From Corallochytrium limacisporum Hawaii (Eukaryota; Protista; Pluriformea): 64,000 nucleotides of DNA. Shown one piece after another: positions 12,443-22,154 of the stretch; positions within the stretch are counted from its first letter, which is position 1; the number at the start of each line of letters is the position of its first letter. The DNA lies in contig PDIP01000258.1 of assembly GCA_002811645.1 (NCBI GenBank), forward strand, positions 12,419-76,418. Reading direction: 5' to 3'. The position numbers and the translations under genes are program-made. The notes under the pieces are model-generated. The model did no database searches. It was not told where the DNA came from and was given only the letters and a program-made list of their open reading frames with translations.

Positions 12443-12878
12443 GGTTGCCGGTTCACTGTGTAAACACAAAACTGGATACTTTCTTGCCTATCACTCCCGT
12501 CTTCCTTGGTTCTTGTTGCCGTTGTGTGTATTGTTGGGCGGACTCGAATATGGGGACGGGGTGTTACTACGTTGCGGATTAGTTCAGCCAGTGGGACAAG
12601 TTTGTTCGCACTCTGGATCACCTAAAGTAACCAAGTTGTACACTGGTGCTCAATTTTTTTTCAATAACTAGCTCAAAAAGACGCCAAATCCCAACATTCT
12701 ATGGATTCCAGGACTGCGTAATCGTACAGTGGTCAGTCGAACGCAGCGCGACATCTTCCCCCCCCCTCATCGCGGTCCTTCCTGGTTCTCCTGGGCCGGC
12801 AAGAACTGGGAGAGAATTCACAGCAGGAGAGGCCCTGGGCTGTTTCAACCCTCCCTCCCGCACTCTTCCCCTCCACTA

Positions 12879-12910
12879 CCCCCCCCCGGGGGGGGGGGCC
12901 GGGGGGAGGG
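12879..12910. promoter_or_regulatory. C9G11 palindromic tract in the AP3S/DHX37 bidirectional promoter
   Basis: C9 followed by G11 between divergent start codons; similar motif recurs at other promoters. Confidence 0.5.
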
Positions 12911-13133
12911 ACCCATATTTCACGCGGGTCTCACCGCATGCGCAAGGTATCTGCACTGTCCCCACTTTTCCACACATGCAACACAGTTATTTTAGAGACT
13001 TCGGCTCATACAAACAGATCCTGTGCGCAATTACATAATTCGCCGGGTTCCTTTACTATGTGAATGTGATCTGGAAAGAGGACAGACGATGTGATAGCAC
13101 GCATGGGAGAACTTCACAATCGAACCTAGAATC

Positions 13134-16100
13134 ATGGGCAAGAAGCGAAAGGCTGGTTCAGGCTCAGCAGATGCTGGATACCAGGTTAGAACTGGCGCTA
13201 GTTCTGCCATTCTTGACGATCATTTCTTTCCAGAAGGTGCAAATGGTGGAGGAAATGGTAGCAATGCGTTAGTTATTGATCCGGCAGTTGTAGAAGCGGA
13301 GCGCGAGAAGCGGAAGGCTGCTGTACCTGAGCCCCAAGCAATCCCACTGTCCAAGAAGAAGCGCAAGAAACTGCAAAAGATCCTGGATCGTAAACGGAAG
13401 AAAATCGACCGTGAACGTTTGATTAACGAAATGCAGGGAAAGTTTGTGACTCCAGAGCAGCAGGCGCTGCTTCTCAAAACAAGTGAAATCGGTAAGGGCA
13501 AGTCCACGCGGCGAGAACAGGCGCAGCGCATTCATCAGCTCCGGACGGCCGGCATTGACCCTGAAATGGAGGACTTGCGGGCGGTATACAGTAAAGGCTC
13601 ACAGGTCATAGCGTCACAGCTAAAGAAAGAGCCCAAGAAACCCCAAGCACGTGGATCGCAGCATCGACAAATGGAATTCGACGGCTTTGACTCGGACAGT
13701 GATGACTCCGATCACGACTCATCGGATGAGGGAGACGAAGCTAGTGAGAACAAAGAGACGTCAGAAGAGTCGAATAGAGAATCGAAGACGAGTGACAAAG
13801 TACTTGGAGACGTCGGACATGGTGCAGAAGATTTGGCCCCTGTGCCGGTACAGTCGAAGAAGCCCGCAGAGTTTATTCCGCGTGGGCCGGATCCGGAGGA
13901 CATCGTACCTGCACCTGTAATTACCGATGACGACAAACAGCAGGCGATCTTTGTGATACCTGACCGAACCCAAGCCGTGCAGGATGCTCGCAGCAATCTT
14001 CCAATCATCGGCGAAGAGCATGTCATTATGGAAAAGATACGTGCCAACGACGTTGTAATCATCTGTGGTGAGACAGGTTCGGGAAAGAGTACGCAGGTTC
14101 CGCAGTTCCTCTACGAAGGAGGCTACAGCCACCCGGGCTGTGATAGTGCTACTGGTATGATTGGCATGACTGAACCCCGGCGGGTTGCTGCCATAGCCAT
14201 GGCCGCGCGGATTGGTTATGAAATGAACCTAGGGGCACCCCGTGTAGCGTACCAGATCCGTCACGAAGGTAATGCCAGTGAACGCACACAGATTAAGATA
14301 ATGACCGACGGTATCCTCATGCGAGAGGTCTCAGATGACTTTATGCTCTCCAAGTACAGTGCATTGATTCTTGATGAGGCTCATGAGCGATCGATGCATA
14401 CCGATATTCTCATAGGCCTGCTAAGTCGTATTGTACCATTGCGGCGGAAAAAATGGGAGGAATGGAAGAAGAACAAGCAGCAACAGTCGAAGGACACTGA
14501 TTGCAAAGAGGATAGTGAGAGCCCCCCGGTGCCGGGACCCTTGAAATTGGTTATCATGTCCGCAACTTTGCGCGTGGAGGATTTTGTAGCCAATCGCAAA
14601 CTGTTTCCAGAACCACCACCGGTGGTGAACATCAAGGCCCGACAGCATCCCGTGACTGTGCGCTTTAGCAAGCGCACGCCGGAGTTCTACATGGAAGAAG
14701 CGTTCCGGATTTGCAAGAAGATCCATCGTAAGCTGCCTGATGGCGCCATTCTCGTGTTTGTAACAGGCCAGAGCGAAGTTAAAGGTCTGGTACGCAAGCT
14801 GCGTGAGGGACTTGGAGAACGTGAGATCCGCACAAACGCCAAGAAGAAATTGGAAAGGAAGCGCACTGGTGCCCTGTCTAAGGAGAGTGACCAAAGCAAA
14901 GTTTTTGTTGATCTGGACTCGTACAGAGTGGATGAGAACGATAACGCCCATGCCCTCGAAGCCGGTGAGGAACCTGAACTTGGCTCAGATGATGAAGAAG
15001 TCAAGTTCAGGGACACAGACGATGCCGATGATGATGATGATGATTATGACTGGGATAATGATTTCGAGACAATGGGGGACGAGGATGATGAGGCTCTGAA
15101 TGAAGTCCTGGATGCGGAATCCAAGATGTCCCGCAAGGAGTCCAAGATTGATGTCTTGCCTTTCTTCAGTCTCTTATCGTCTGATGACCAACGGAAGGTC
15201 TTTGCTCCTTCACCTGAAGGCTACCGTCGCATTGTAGTCTCAACCAACGTTGCAGAGACGTCTTTGACCATTCCTAACATTCGCTATGTCATTGACTGCG
15301 GAAAGGCTAAAGAGCGCGTTTACCGAGGAAACACGGGCATGAGTGAATTCGTGGTGGACTGGATCTCTCGCGCGAGCGCACAACAGCGGGCTGGTCGCGC
15401 CGGTCGTACGGGTCCTGGTCGATGTTATCGTATGTATTCCACTGCACTCTACGCCAATGTCATGAATGACTTTGCTGAGCCAGAGATTACCCAGATGCCG
15501 ATAGATGGCCTTGTCCTCCAGATGAAGGGTATGAACATTCACAACATTGTCAATTTTCCGTTCCCCTCAGCACCAAGCCACGCCTCGCTGGAGAATTCCT
15601 TGACAACCCTGAAAAGTTTAGGGGCCTTGAACGTGGACGATGAGATCACGCCCCTCGGGCAAATCATCGGCCGCTTCCCCATTAGCCCGCGGTACGGGAA
15701 GATGATCAGTGTTGGCTTGCAACGCTATGAGATCATAGAGTACATTATTGCTATCTGTGCGGCCATGTCGGTTCGTGAACTGTTCCACACTTTCAACCAC
15801 TCGAGCTCTGAGGGTGACCGTAGAGAAGGCGAAGGCGCTGAGGATGACAAGAAACTGTCAGCACAAGTCGAGCGCAAAGTAAACAAAGCAGTGCATTTCT
15901 TTGCCGGGCGCTCTCCCCGTTCTGATCTCATTACACTCCTGCGTGCCATTGGCGCGTTCGAATACAGTCAGGGAAACGAGGCCTGGTGCCGAAGCCACGG
16001 CCTGCGACACAAAGGCATGCTCGAAGTGCGAAAGCTGCGGGCCCAACTGACTCGCACGGTCGCCGCCCTGCAGCTCAGTATGAAGGGGCGTACCACAAAG

Positions 16101-16862
16101 GATGGTAAGACCATCGATCTTACTCTAAATCCGAAGCTCAAGCCTCCCACGGATGCACAGGAGGATATCATCCGGCAGGTAATGCTCAGTGCGTTTGGTG
16201 ATTGTGTCGCGCGCAAGAGTTCGTCACAGTCCAATGCCCGGTACACACTCTATGAGGCTTGCAATCCGAGCTTTGATGAACTTCTGGTGCTCCATCCAGA
16301 CTCCGCACTCGTTAGCACACGCGAACCTTACCTGATCTACCACGAATTGCAACAGACACCAAAGGGCATGTATCTGCGTAAGGTCACTATCATTGAACCG
16401 CAGTGGCTGCCCGTCCTGGTCCGGACAGGCACTCATTTGGGCAAGGCCCTCGACACCCCAGTACCAACCTGGAACGAAACCAAGGGTTGCGTGGACGGTC
16501 TGGTGCCGTCATCTTTTGGCCCGAAGCGGTGGGATGTGCCTCCGGTCAAAATGAAACTTCCTGACGATGACGATGCAACTGTGCGCTGGTTCGCACGATT
16601 CCTGCTGGAGGGAACAGTGCTGCCCCGACTGGCTGCTTTCCGTGAGCACCTCATCTCTCAGCCTAACGTTGTTACCAAAGGATTCCCGCAGCCCAAGATC
16701 ATGGCTCTGCTCCAACCTCTGCGGGATGAAGGAATCACTACCCGTTCGCAGCTTGTGGAGGTCATGTCCGCCCGACCGCGATTTCTTCTGGATGCCTTTT
16801 TGCAGTGGCTACCCAAGACCCTACACGCTGAGTGTGTGCGTTCATGGCCACCTCTGGAATGA
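13134..16862 (+). CDS. DHX37: DEAH-box RNA helicase DHX37/Dhr1 (SSU processome), 1242 aa
   Basis: GETGSGKSTQVPQFLYEGG, TEPRRVAA, DEAHERS, MSATL, TNVAETSLTIP, QRAGRAGR; acidic insertion in RecA2 and basic N-terminus typical of Dhr1. Confidence 0.93.
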   Translation: MGKKRKAGSGSADAGYQVRTGASSAILDDHFFPEGANGGGNGSNALVIDPAVVEAEREKRKAAVPEPQAIPLSKKKRKKLQKILDRKRKKIDRERLINEMQGKFVTPEQQALLLKTSEIGKGKSTRREQAQRIHQLRTAGIDPEMEDLRAVYSKGSQVIASQLKKEPKKPQARGSQHRQMEFDGFDSDSDDSDHDSSDEGDEASENKETSEESNRESKTSDKVLGDVGHGAEDLAPVPVQSKKPAEFIPRGPDPEDIVPAPVITDDDKQQAIFVIPDRTQAVQDARSNLPIIGEEHVIMEKIRANDVVIICGETGSGKSTQVPQFLYEGGYSHPGCDSATGMIGMTEPRRVAAIAMAARIGYEMNLGAPRVAYQIRHEGNASERTQIKIMTDGILMREVSDDFMLSKYSALILDEAHERSMHTDILIGLLSRIVPLRRKKWEEWKKNKQQQSKDTDCKEDSESPPVPGPLKLVIMSATLRVEDFVANRKLFPEPPPVVNIKARQHPVTVRFSKRTPEFYMEEAFRICKKIHRKLPDGAILVFVTGQSEVKGLVRKLREGLGEREIRTNAKKKLERKRTGALSKESDQSKVFVDLDSYRVDENDNAHALEAGEEPELGSDDEEVKFRDTDDADDDDDDYDWDNDFETMGDEDDEALNEVLDAESKMSRKESKIDVLPFFSLLSSDDQRKVFAPSPEGYRRIVVSTNVAETSLTIPNIRYVIDCGKAKERVYRGNTGMSEFVVDWISRASAQQRAGRAGRTGPGRCYRMYSTALYANVMNDFAEPEITQMPIDGLVLQMKGMNIHNIVNFPFPSAPSHASLENSLTTLKSLGALNVDDEITPLGQIIGRFPISPRYGKMISVGLQRYEIIEYIIAICAAMSVRELFHTFNHSSSEGDRREGEGAEDDKKLSAQVERKVNKAVHFFAGRSPRSDLITLLRAIGAFEYSQGNEAWCRSHGLRHKGMLEVRKLRAQLTRTVAALQLSMKGRTTKDGKTIDLTLNPKLKPPTDAQEDIIRQVMLSAFGDCVARKSSSQSNARYTLYEACNPSFDELLVLHPDSALVSTREPYLIYHELQQTPKGMYLRKVTIIEPQWLPVLVRTGTHLGKALDTPVPTWNETKGCVDGLVPSSFGPKRWDVPPVKMKLPDDDDATVRWFARFLLEGTVLPRLAAFREHLISQPNVVTKGFPQPKIMALLQPLRDEGITTRSQLVEVMSARPRFLLDAFLQWLPKTLHAECVRSWPPLE

Positions 16863-16951
16863 AATTAGAAAGAGTTTCGGTTCCGTCTTATATACAGCTG
16901 GTTGTGTAGTCACTAAACACGTTATTGTACGCTTTACTATTGATTCAAGTT

Positions 16952-19900
16952 TCAGATGATAATGAGCATGACCAGGACTATACAGCACGGAACAATCAGC
17001 GAATCCACACCGTCTAACAGCAGTGTTTCAGGCACATTGGCCACTATTCCGACGACTGCCAGAGTCACCGCTACAGCATGTAGCTCTTGAGAGCGGAATA
17101 ACAGCTCGTATTGGTGTCGAACCTCGGATATGGTCACATAGAAAGCAACTTGCAGGAGCACTGGAGTCGCGTACGTTGCCACCTCGTACAAGAAACCTGT
17201 AGATGAGTAGCTCGAGACACTAAAGATGGTACAGATGTGCGATGCAGCCTGCTGGATGACCATGAAGAGTACTGACGGATTCGCAGTCGCAAGACACGTC
17301 TGCCACTCCAACAGGCCACCCTTCTGCCGCGTGCATGGCAGCCAGAGCCCTTGACTTTCGATCATTGCTTGAGCAGCAAGGTGGCCGGCGGCAATGAGAT
17401 CGCCGAGATGCCAGGTCGCGAGACTGAGTAGAGTACAGCGGCGTAGAGCGCTGAGACCGAAGGTTCCGCCCTTGCGGTGACGGATTGAAGGATACAGTAC
17501 CGCCACCGTGAGCAGAAGCAGCGGCGTCATGAAGCTCAGTCCGAGAAGGACGTTCGCAGTCGCTAAGCCGACTATCGTCCACAGTCCCAGCATTTGGAGA
17601 GGCCACATGCCGCCGAGGACGTGCAATACCTCCAGTACATCGCCGATTATGGCCAGGATGCAGTAAAGGACCAGCGTCGCCCCTCCAGTTACCAGAAGTG
17701 TTGATGGCGGAGGTAGGGCTTGGTGGACGATGCTATTGCCTTCAGTGAGAGACCACAGGCTAGGCATCTGGCCAGCCACGATCGACACGCAAAGAGCCAC
17801 TGCTGAGAGGCCCATAAGCACTCCACCAGGTCCCATTGGAACACCAGTGCGGACCGCAAATAACCCAACTGACAGCATGCGCAAACAGGACATGATCCAT
17901 GGCCGTGCTAGATGCAGCTCCTGTAGCATACTCTCCCAGATATCGTGAGAGACTTCGACGTGAAGTGCAGACTCGGCATTGGTGACCAGGAGCAACGCAA
18001 GCTTGTGTCCAGTCTCAGCATTGATCACGCGCTCGCAGCTTTTCCACATGAGCTGAGACTGTGTGGTGCCATTGGGCACAGGTACGCGGTGGTACGCCCA
18101 TTCGATTGCTGCACCACTCTTCTCTTCAGTTTCTGCTGAGTGCATGATCTGAAGACCACCGTGTGTGAAATTGCCGCTCACAGAAATTGTCACACAGTTT
18201 ACGGCCAGGCCCAGCGGGCTCTCGTTCGCGCGGACAAGGCTCAATTCAAAAACGTGCCGGTCCCTGCTGAAGCTAAGCATAGTGTCACTGGAACCCTTCT
18301 TGCCAAACGGATCAAGTGTAAATATCTCGCTGGCAGAAGGCTCTGTCGCTAGCAGAACGTCATGAACACCGACTTCAATCAAAGCGGTCGCCCTGCTCGG
18401 CAGCTTGACTCCACCAGCAAGCTCTGTAATGCAAATCAGGGCCAGGCCAGAGGGATCCATTGCATTGGCAACAGGCAGCTGAAATAGCGTCTCCGGATCC
18501 ACCATCGTGCGATGCGTCTCAATGTCTTCCTGGGCGTCATCTCCCGACCCTGTCCGCACCGTCACAGTCTTTTCTACTGCGATCCTATGCGGACACCGGT
18601 GCGTATTTAGAGTGATAATTTGGATGCCACCACCGTCGCTGTTTCTGACCCCCTCTAGGTCCCGCCACTCTGTGACATGTGTTCGGTGCAAGGAATGTCG
18701 ACGCCAAGCCCGCTTGTTGACATCTGTGGCATCTGTGTCGTGTTCCGACGGTTCCTTGACCCAGTCACCCGTGTGTTTGTCTCTGTGTGCCAGTGGAAAT
18801 GGTCCCATGATACCAGAGTGTTGAAATAGTGTGGTGCGGGCCCGCCGCACCATCTTATCAGTGTCATCGTATTCAGCTATAGATCGGAGATTAACGAGCA
18901 GTAAGGCCACCTTAACGACCAATTCTTTGCACCACATAAGGCACTGATGGTCGATACTGCGTTGGACGTCCCACACTCGGCTTGAAGTCGCCGTGACCGC
19001 AATGTTTGCAAGCTCATGGCCAGCCGCCGCAAACGGAGAAATTTGAAAGTCACGCAGTCCGCCCCTAAGTGCTACATGCAACGTTTTACCTCCTTCGTCA
19101 TATTGCTGTGCGATGCATTCCAAGGCTGCGTCCTGGAGGGCCAACATGCGTGGATCGTTCTCCCACGGCAATAGATGCAATGGACTGGCCAGCGACAGTG
19201 CCATTACCGGTGCCGCAGCGGCAGAGAGATGGCAGGGCAGGGCGTGGACGGCGAGTCCACCCATCGAATGCCCTAGAAGCCACGGCCTGGGTACGGAAAC
19301 GAGGCCGTGCTCTCTGTAGAATTCATTGATGCAGGCCAGGGCTGTAGACGTATGCTCCACAACGGTGGCCAGCAAAGACGGAGAGAAGGCCGTGAGTGCC
19401 TCGGATGTGTGCAGACTAAAGAATTCGAACGGATAACTTGGTACCTCCGCACTTTCGATGTCATCTACTGTCGGTGGTGTGTAGGGCAGGGTCTGGTCCT
19501 CAGACCATTGCAGGAAGTAGGTGGCGATCGAACGGATCTGCGCCGCACTGCCCGAACTGCCCGGAATAAAGAGCACTGGTTGGGCACCCTTTCGCAGCCG
19601 CAGATCTGAAAGCGACCGCTTCTCATGGGCCTCTGTGTAGAGCCTGAGCTCAAATGGTGTGGCCTTTATGAGGGCGGGGCATTCGATGGGCAGCATCCGG
19701 GGTCGGCTACGCATCCAGCTCATCCGGCACTGATTTTCTGGCATCTGCCAGGCCTGTTGAAAGAGCTGAACAACCTCGTCTGTTTCCATCAGGCCCCATG
19801 ATGGCCTTACAGCCAACAGGTATAGAACCCATAGTGCTCGCCAGATCATTGCGTCAAGCCGTTTTGCTACATTGGCTACTACTCTCCCGACCAAGCGCAT
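16952..19900 (-). CDS. PGAP1: GPI inositol-deacylase PGAP1/Bst1-like, 982 aa
   Basis: PVLFIPGSSGSAAQIRSIA, lipase motif GHSMGG, GGLRDFQI, IDHQCLMWCKELV; hydrophobic N-terminus and multi-TM C-terminus; start could be the downstream Met (MIWRAL). Confidence 0.85.
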   Translation of the reverse strand: MRLVGRVVANVAKRLDAMIWRALWVLYLLAVRPSWGLMETDEVVQLFQQAWQMPENQCRMSWMRSRPRMLPIECPALIKATPFELRLYTEAHEKRSLSDLRLRKGAQPVLFIPGSSGSAAQIRSIATYFLQWSEDQTLPYTPPTVDDIESAEVPSYPFEFFSLHTSEALTAFSPSLLATVVEHTSTALACINEFYREHGLVSVPRPWLLGHSMGGLAVHALPCHLSAAAAPVMALSLASPLHLLPWENDPRMLALQDAALECIAQQYDEGGKTLHVALRGGLRDFQISPFAAAGHELANIAVTATSSRVWDVQRSIDHQCLMWCKELVVKVALLLVNLRSIAEYDDTDKMVRRARTTLFQHSGIMGPFPLAHRDKHTGDWVKEPSEHDTDATDVNKRAWRRHSLHRTHVTEWRDLEGVRNSDGGGIQIITLNTHRCPHRIAVEKTVTVRTGSGDDAQEDIETHRTMVDPETLFQLPVANAMDPSGLALICITELAGGVKLPSRATALIEVGVHDVLLATEPSASEIFTLDPFGKKGSSDTMLSFSRDRHVFELSLVRANESPLGLAVNCVTISVSGNFTHGGLQIMHSAETEEKSGAAIEWAYHRVPVPNGTTQSQLMWKSCERVINAETGHKLALLLVTNAESALHVEVSHDIWESMLQELHLARPWIMSCLRMLSVGLFAVRTGVPMGPGGVLMGLSAVALCVSIVAGQMPSLWSLTEGNSIVHQALPPPSTLLVTGGATLVLYCILAIIGDVLEVLHVLGGMWPLQMLGLWTIVGLATANVLLGLSFMTPLLLLTVAVLYPSIRHRKGGTFGLSALRRCTLLSLATWHLGDLIAAGHLAAQAMIESQGLWLPCTRQKGGLLEWQTCLATANPSVLFMVIQQAASHICTIFSVSSYSSTGFLYEVATYATPVLLQVAFYVTISEVRHQYELLFRSQELHAVAVTLAVVGIVANVPETLLLDGVDSLIVPCCIVLVMLIII

Positions 19901-20128
19901 CCATCATTTCGGTCTCTCTCCGGTGGCACTCTATCACTCTTTGGAAAACCAAACACCACTTGACGTTGGATAAGATCCTTTTCTATCATTGCCACCTCTT
20001 ACCATTAGACTCTAAAATACGAACGTCCGATAACAAAGCGAGCAAAACTGTGAGTTGCGCGCGAACGTCATCGTTTCCCGTGCGGACGGGCTGCTCTCCC
20101 AGTTGAGCGAGAGTGGAAAAAAAGGTGG

Positions 20129-20151
20129 CCCCCCCCCCGAGGGGGGGGGGG
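20129..20151. promoter_or_regulatory. C10-GA-G11 quasi-palindrome in the PGAP1/transporter bidirectional promoter
   Basis: Tract lies between divergent starts 19900 and 20662. Confidence 0.5.
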
Positions 20152-20661
20152 CGCCAGGGAGCCGCTTCCCTCCCCCCTCGGTGTGTCCTCTGCGCTTGGC
20201 CTCGGGGCCCGAGCAGCCCAGCTTTGGTTACGCAACCGCGCAAGGAAAGGGAGCGAGGCGGGGAAAGAAAGAGGGGGACAGTGAGCCAAAAATATCCCCC
20301 GCTACCACGCGTAGCAAGTATCATATGGTAGGATTAGATAAAGGATGGTGGTCCTGAGGTCGCCATCTCTGCTTCGACTTCGGCGAGAGATTTGCGTGGC
20401 AGTTCCGCAAGATGGGGCGGGCGGGTTGGTTGGCGTTGAGTCGCGTAGGTACGGAACGTTTTGCTGTGGACAATTGGTTTCGATAAACATCAACTGACAG
20501 TAGTCTGGTATTTGGAGAGTTTCCAATGATTGGTAAGTTATTTTAGATCCACAGTCTTCTCTAAGAGACGGATCTGCTTATGGATGATGGCAAATACCCA
20601 TTGTCTGAGCATGATCGAATAGGGAACTGAGAGATCTTGAGTGAGCAACTGGTATCCATGA

Positions 20662-22098
20662 ATGGACTACACGACAATGGTGGTCGATAGTCGAACAAAG
20701 GCTCTCCTGGCCACCGCGATACACTTCCTCGTGCTCGGGTCACATTACATGCTTGCACCCGTGCGGGATGAACAGGGGACAATCAGTGGTACGGATGTGC
20801 TGCCGTACCTCTTCTACGTGTCAATGTTCACAACGCTGGCCTTCAATCCGCTGCTGGCCGTGCTGCTAAAGAATTTGCCCCTGCAGCTGCTTGTACCAGG
20901 AATATACACGGGGTTGGCATTGATCTTGCTCGGGTTCAGTACCGTCTTTGCCGCTACGGATGTCGACGATCGGAGCGTGTACATGGCCTATGCATTTTAC
21001 GTCTATTGCGGTTTCTACTCAGTGTGCGTCACGTCTTTGTTCTGGAGTGCAATGGGGGACTTGTTCAGTGAGGAGGAGTCCCTGACGTACTTCGGCATGG
21101 TTGCATTTGGGGGCACTTGTGGACAGGTAGCTGGTAGCTTCCTTACCGCAGAGCTCGTTACCTATAGCGGATTCAGCTCTGCGATACTGGCTGCTGCCGT
21201 GACCGTCATTCTTGCGGGATTTATCACTTTCTATCTAGAGACAGTCAAAGCACGGGAGTTGAAAGAACAGGAGCGCATTGAACGACAGAAGATACAGAAA
21301 GCAAGGAAGCAGCAACAACGGTCAGAGACTGCTGACGGCAGCAATAAGAGGGATAGCAGCGCGGGTGTACGCCTGGCAAATAGCCCAAGCAGCGTGAATC
21401 TGGCTGCGGACGATATGAAAGACGCGGGCGTCTGGGAAGGCATCTACCTGGTGCTAGACAGTCGGTTTCTGATTGACATTTGTCTGCATATGTTGCTGGC
21501 CTCGTGCATGTCATCATTCATGTACTTTGAGCTGCAAAATCTGTTCACTCATGTGATTGAGTCCAACAAGGAGCGAACAGCGGTTCGTGCGTGGATGAAC
21601 ACCGTTGGGGGTATTGCAACAGCCTCGTTCCAGATGCTTGGCACTTCAATCCTCCTCCGAACGTTTGGTGTGGGCGTTGGCTTATCCGTGGTGCCCTATC
21701 TTAGCATTCTGCAGTATTCATACATGACCCGAGAGGCGACCGAGTACTTCTCATCGGTAATTCCTACGGGCATGGACCGTGTGATTATCGCAGCAGGTCT
21801 GGAGATCGCTAGGCGCACACTGACCTATGGTCTGCTCAAACCCGCGCGGGAAAGTCTGTTCACCGTTGTCACGCGGAAAGAAAAGTACATTGCCAAGAAT
21901 CTGGTTGACACTTTCATCCACCGGGCTGGTGACACTATGGCCGCCGGACTGTTCCAGATTACGCTGGCTTACGAAAGTGCACTTTTCCAGCACGGCATTG
22001 CCCTGATTGGTGGTATTTCGTGGATCTACACGAGCTACGAGCTCGGAGAGACGTATACTTTGAAGAAGGATCAGGTAGCTAAGGACAAAAAAGAGTGA
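20662..22098 (+). CDS. MFS transporter of the NTT/TLC (AAA ATP:ADP antiporter-like) family, 478 aa
   Basis: About 12 hydrophobic segments; YMLAPVRDEQG, SLFWSAMGDLFS, KPARESLFTVVTRKEKYIAKNLVDTFIHRAGD resemble bacterial NTT-like MFS proteins. Confidence 0.8.
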   Translation: MDYTTMVVDSRTKALLATAIHFLVLGSHYMLAPVRDEQGTISGTDVLPYLFYVSMFTTLAFNPLLAVLLKNLPLQLLVPGIYTGLALILLGFSTVFAATDVDDRSVYMAYAFYVYCGFYSVCVTSLFWSAMGDLFSEEESLTYFGMVAFGGTCGQVAGSFLTAELVTYSGFSSAILAAAVTVILAGFITFYLETVKARELKEQERIERQKIQKARKQQQRSETADGSNKRDSSAGVRLANSPSSVNLAADDMKDAGVWEGIYLVLDSRFLIDICLHMLLASCMSSFMYFELQNLFTHVIESNKERTAVRAWMNTVGGIATASFQMLGTSILLRTFGVGVGLSVVPYLSILQYSYMTREATEYFSSVIPTGMDRVIIAAGLEIARRTLTYGLLKPARESLFTVVTRKEKYIAKNLVDTFIHRAGDTMAAGLFQITLAYESALFQHGIALIGGISWIYTSYELGETYTLKKDQVAKDKKE

Positions 22099-22154
22099 TT
22101 CCCACAATATACGGCTTCCCCTTCCAGGAGAGAAGTAGTTTATTAATCAAATTT

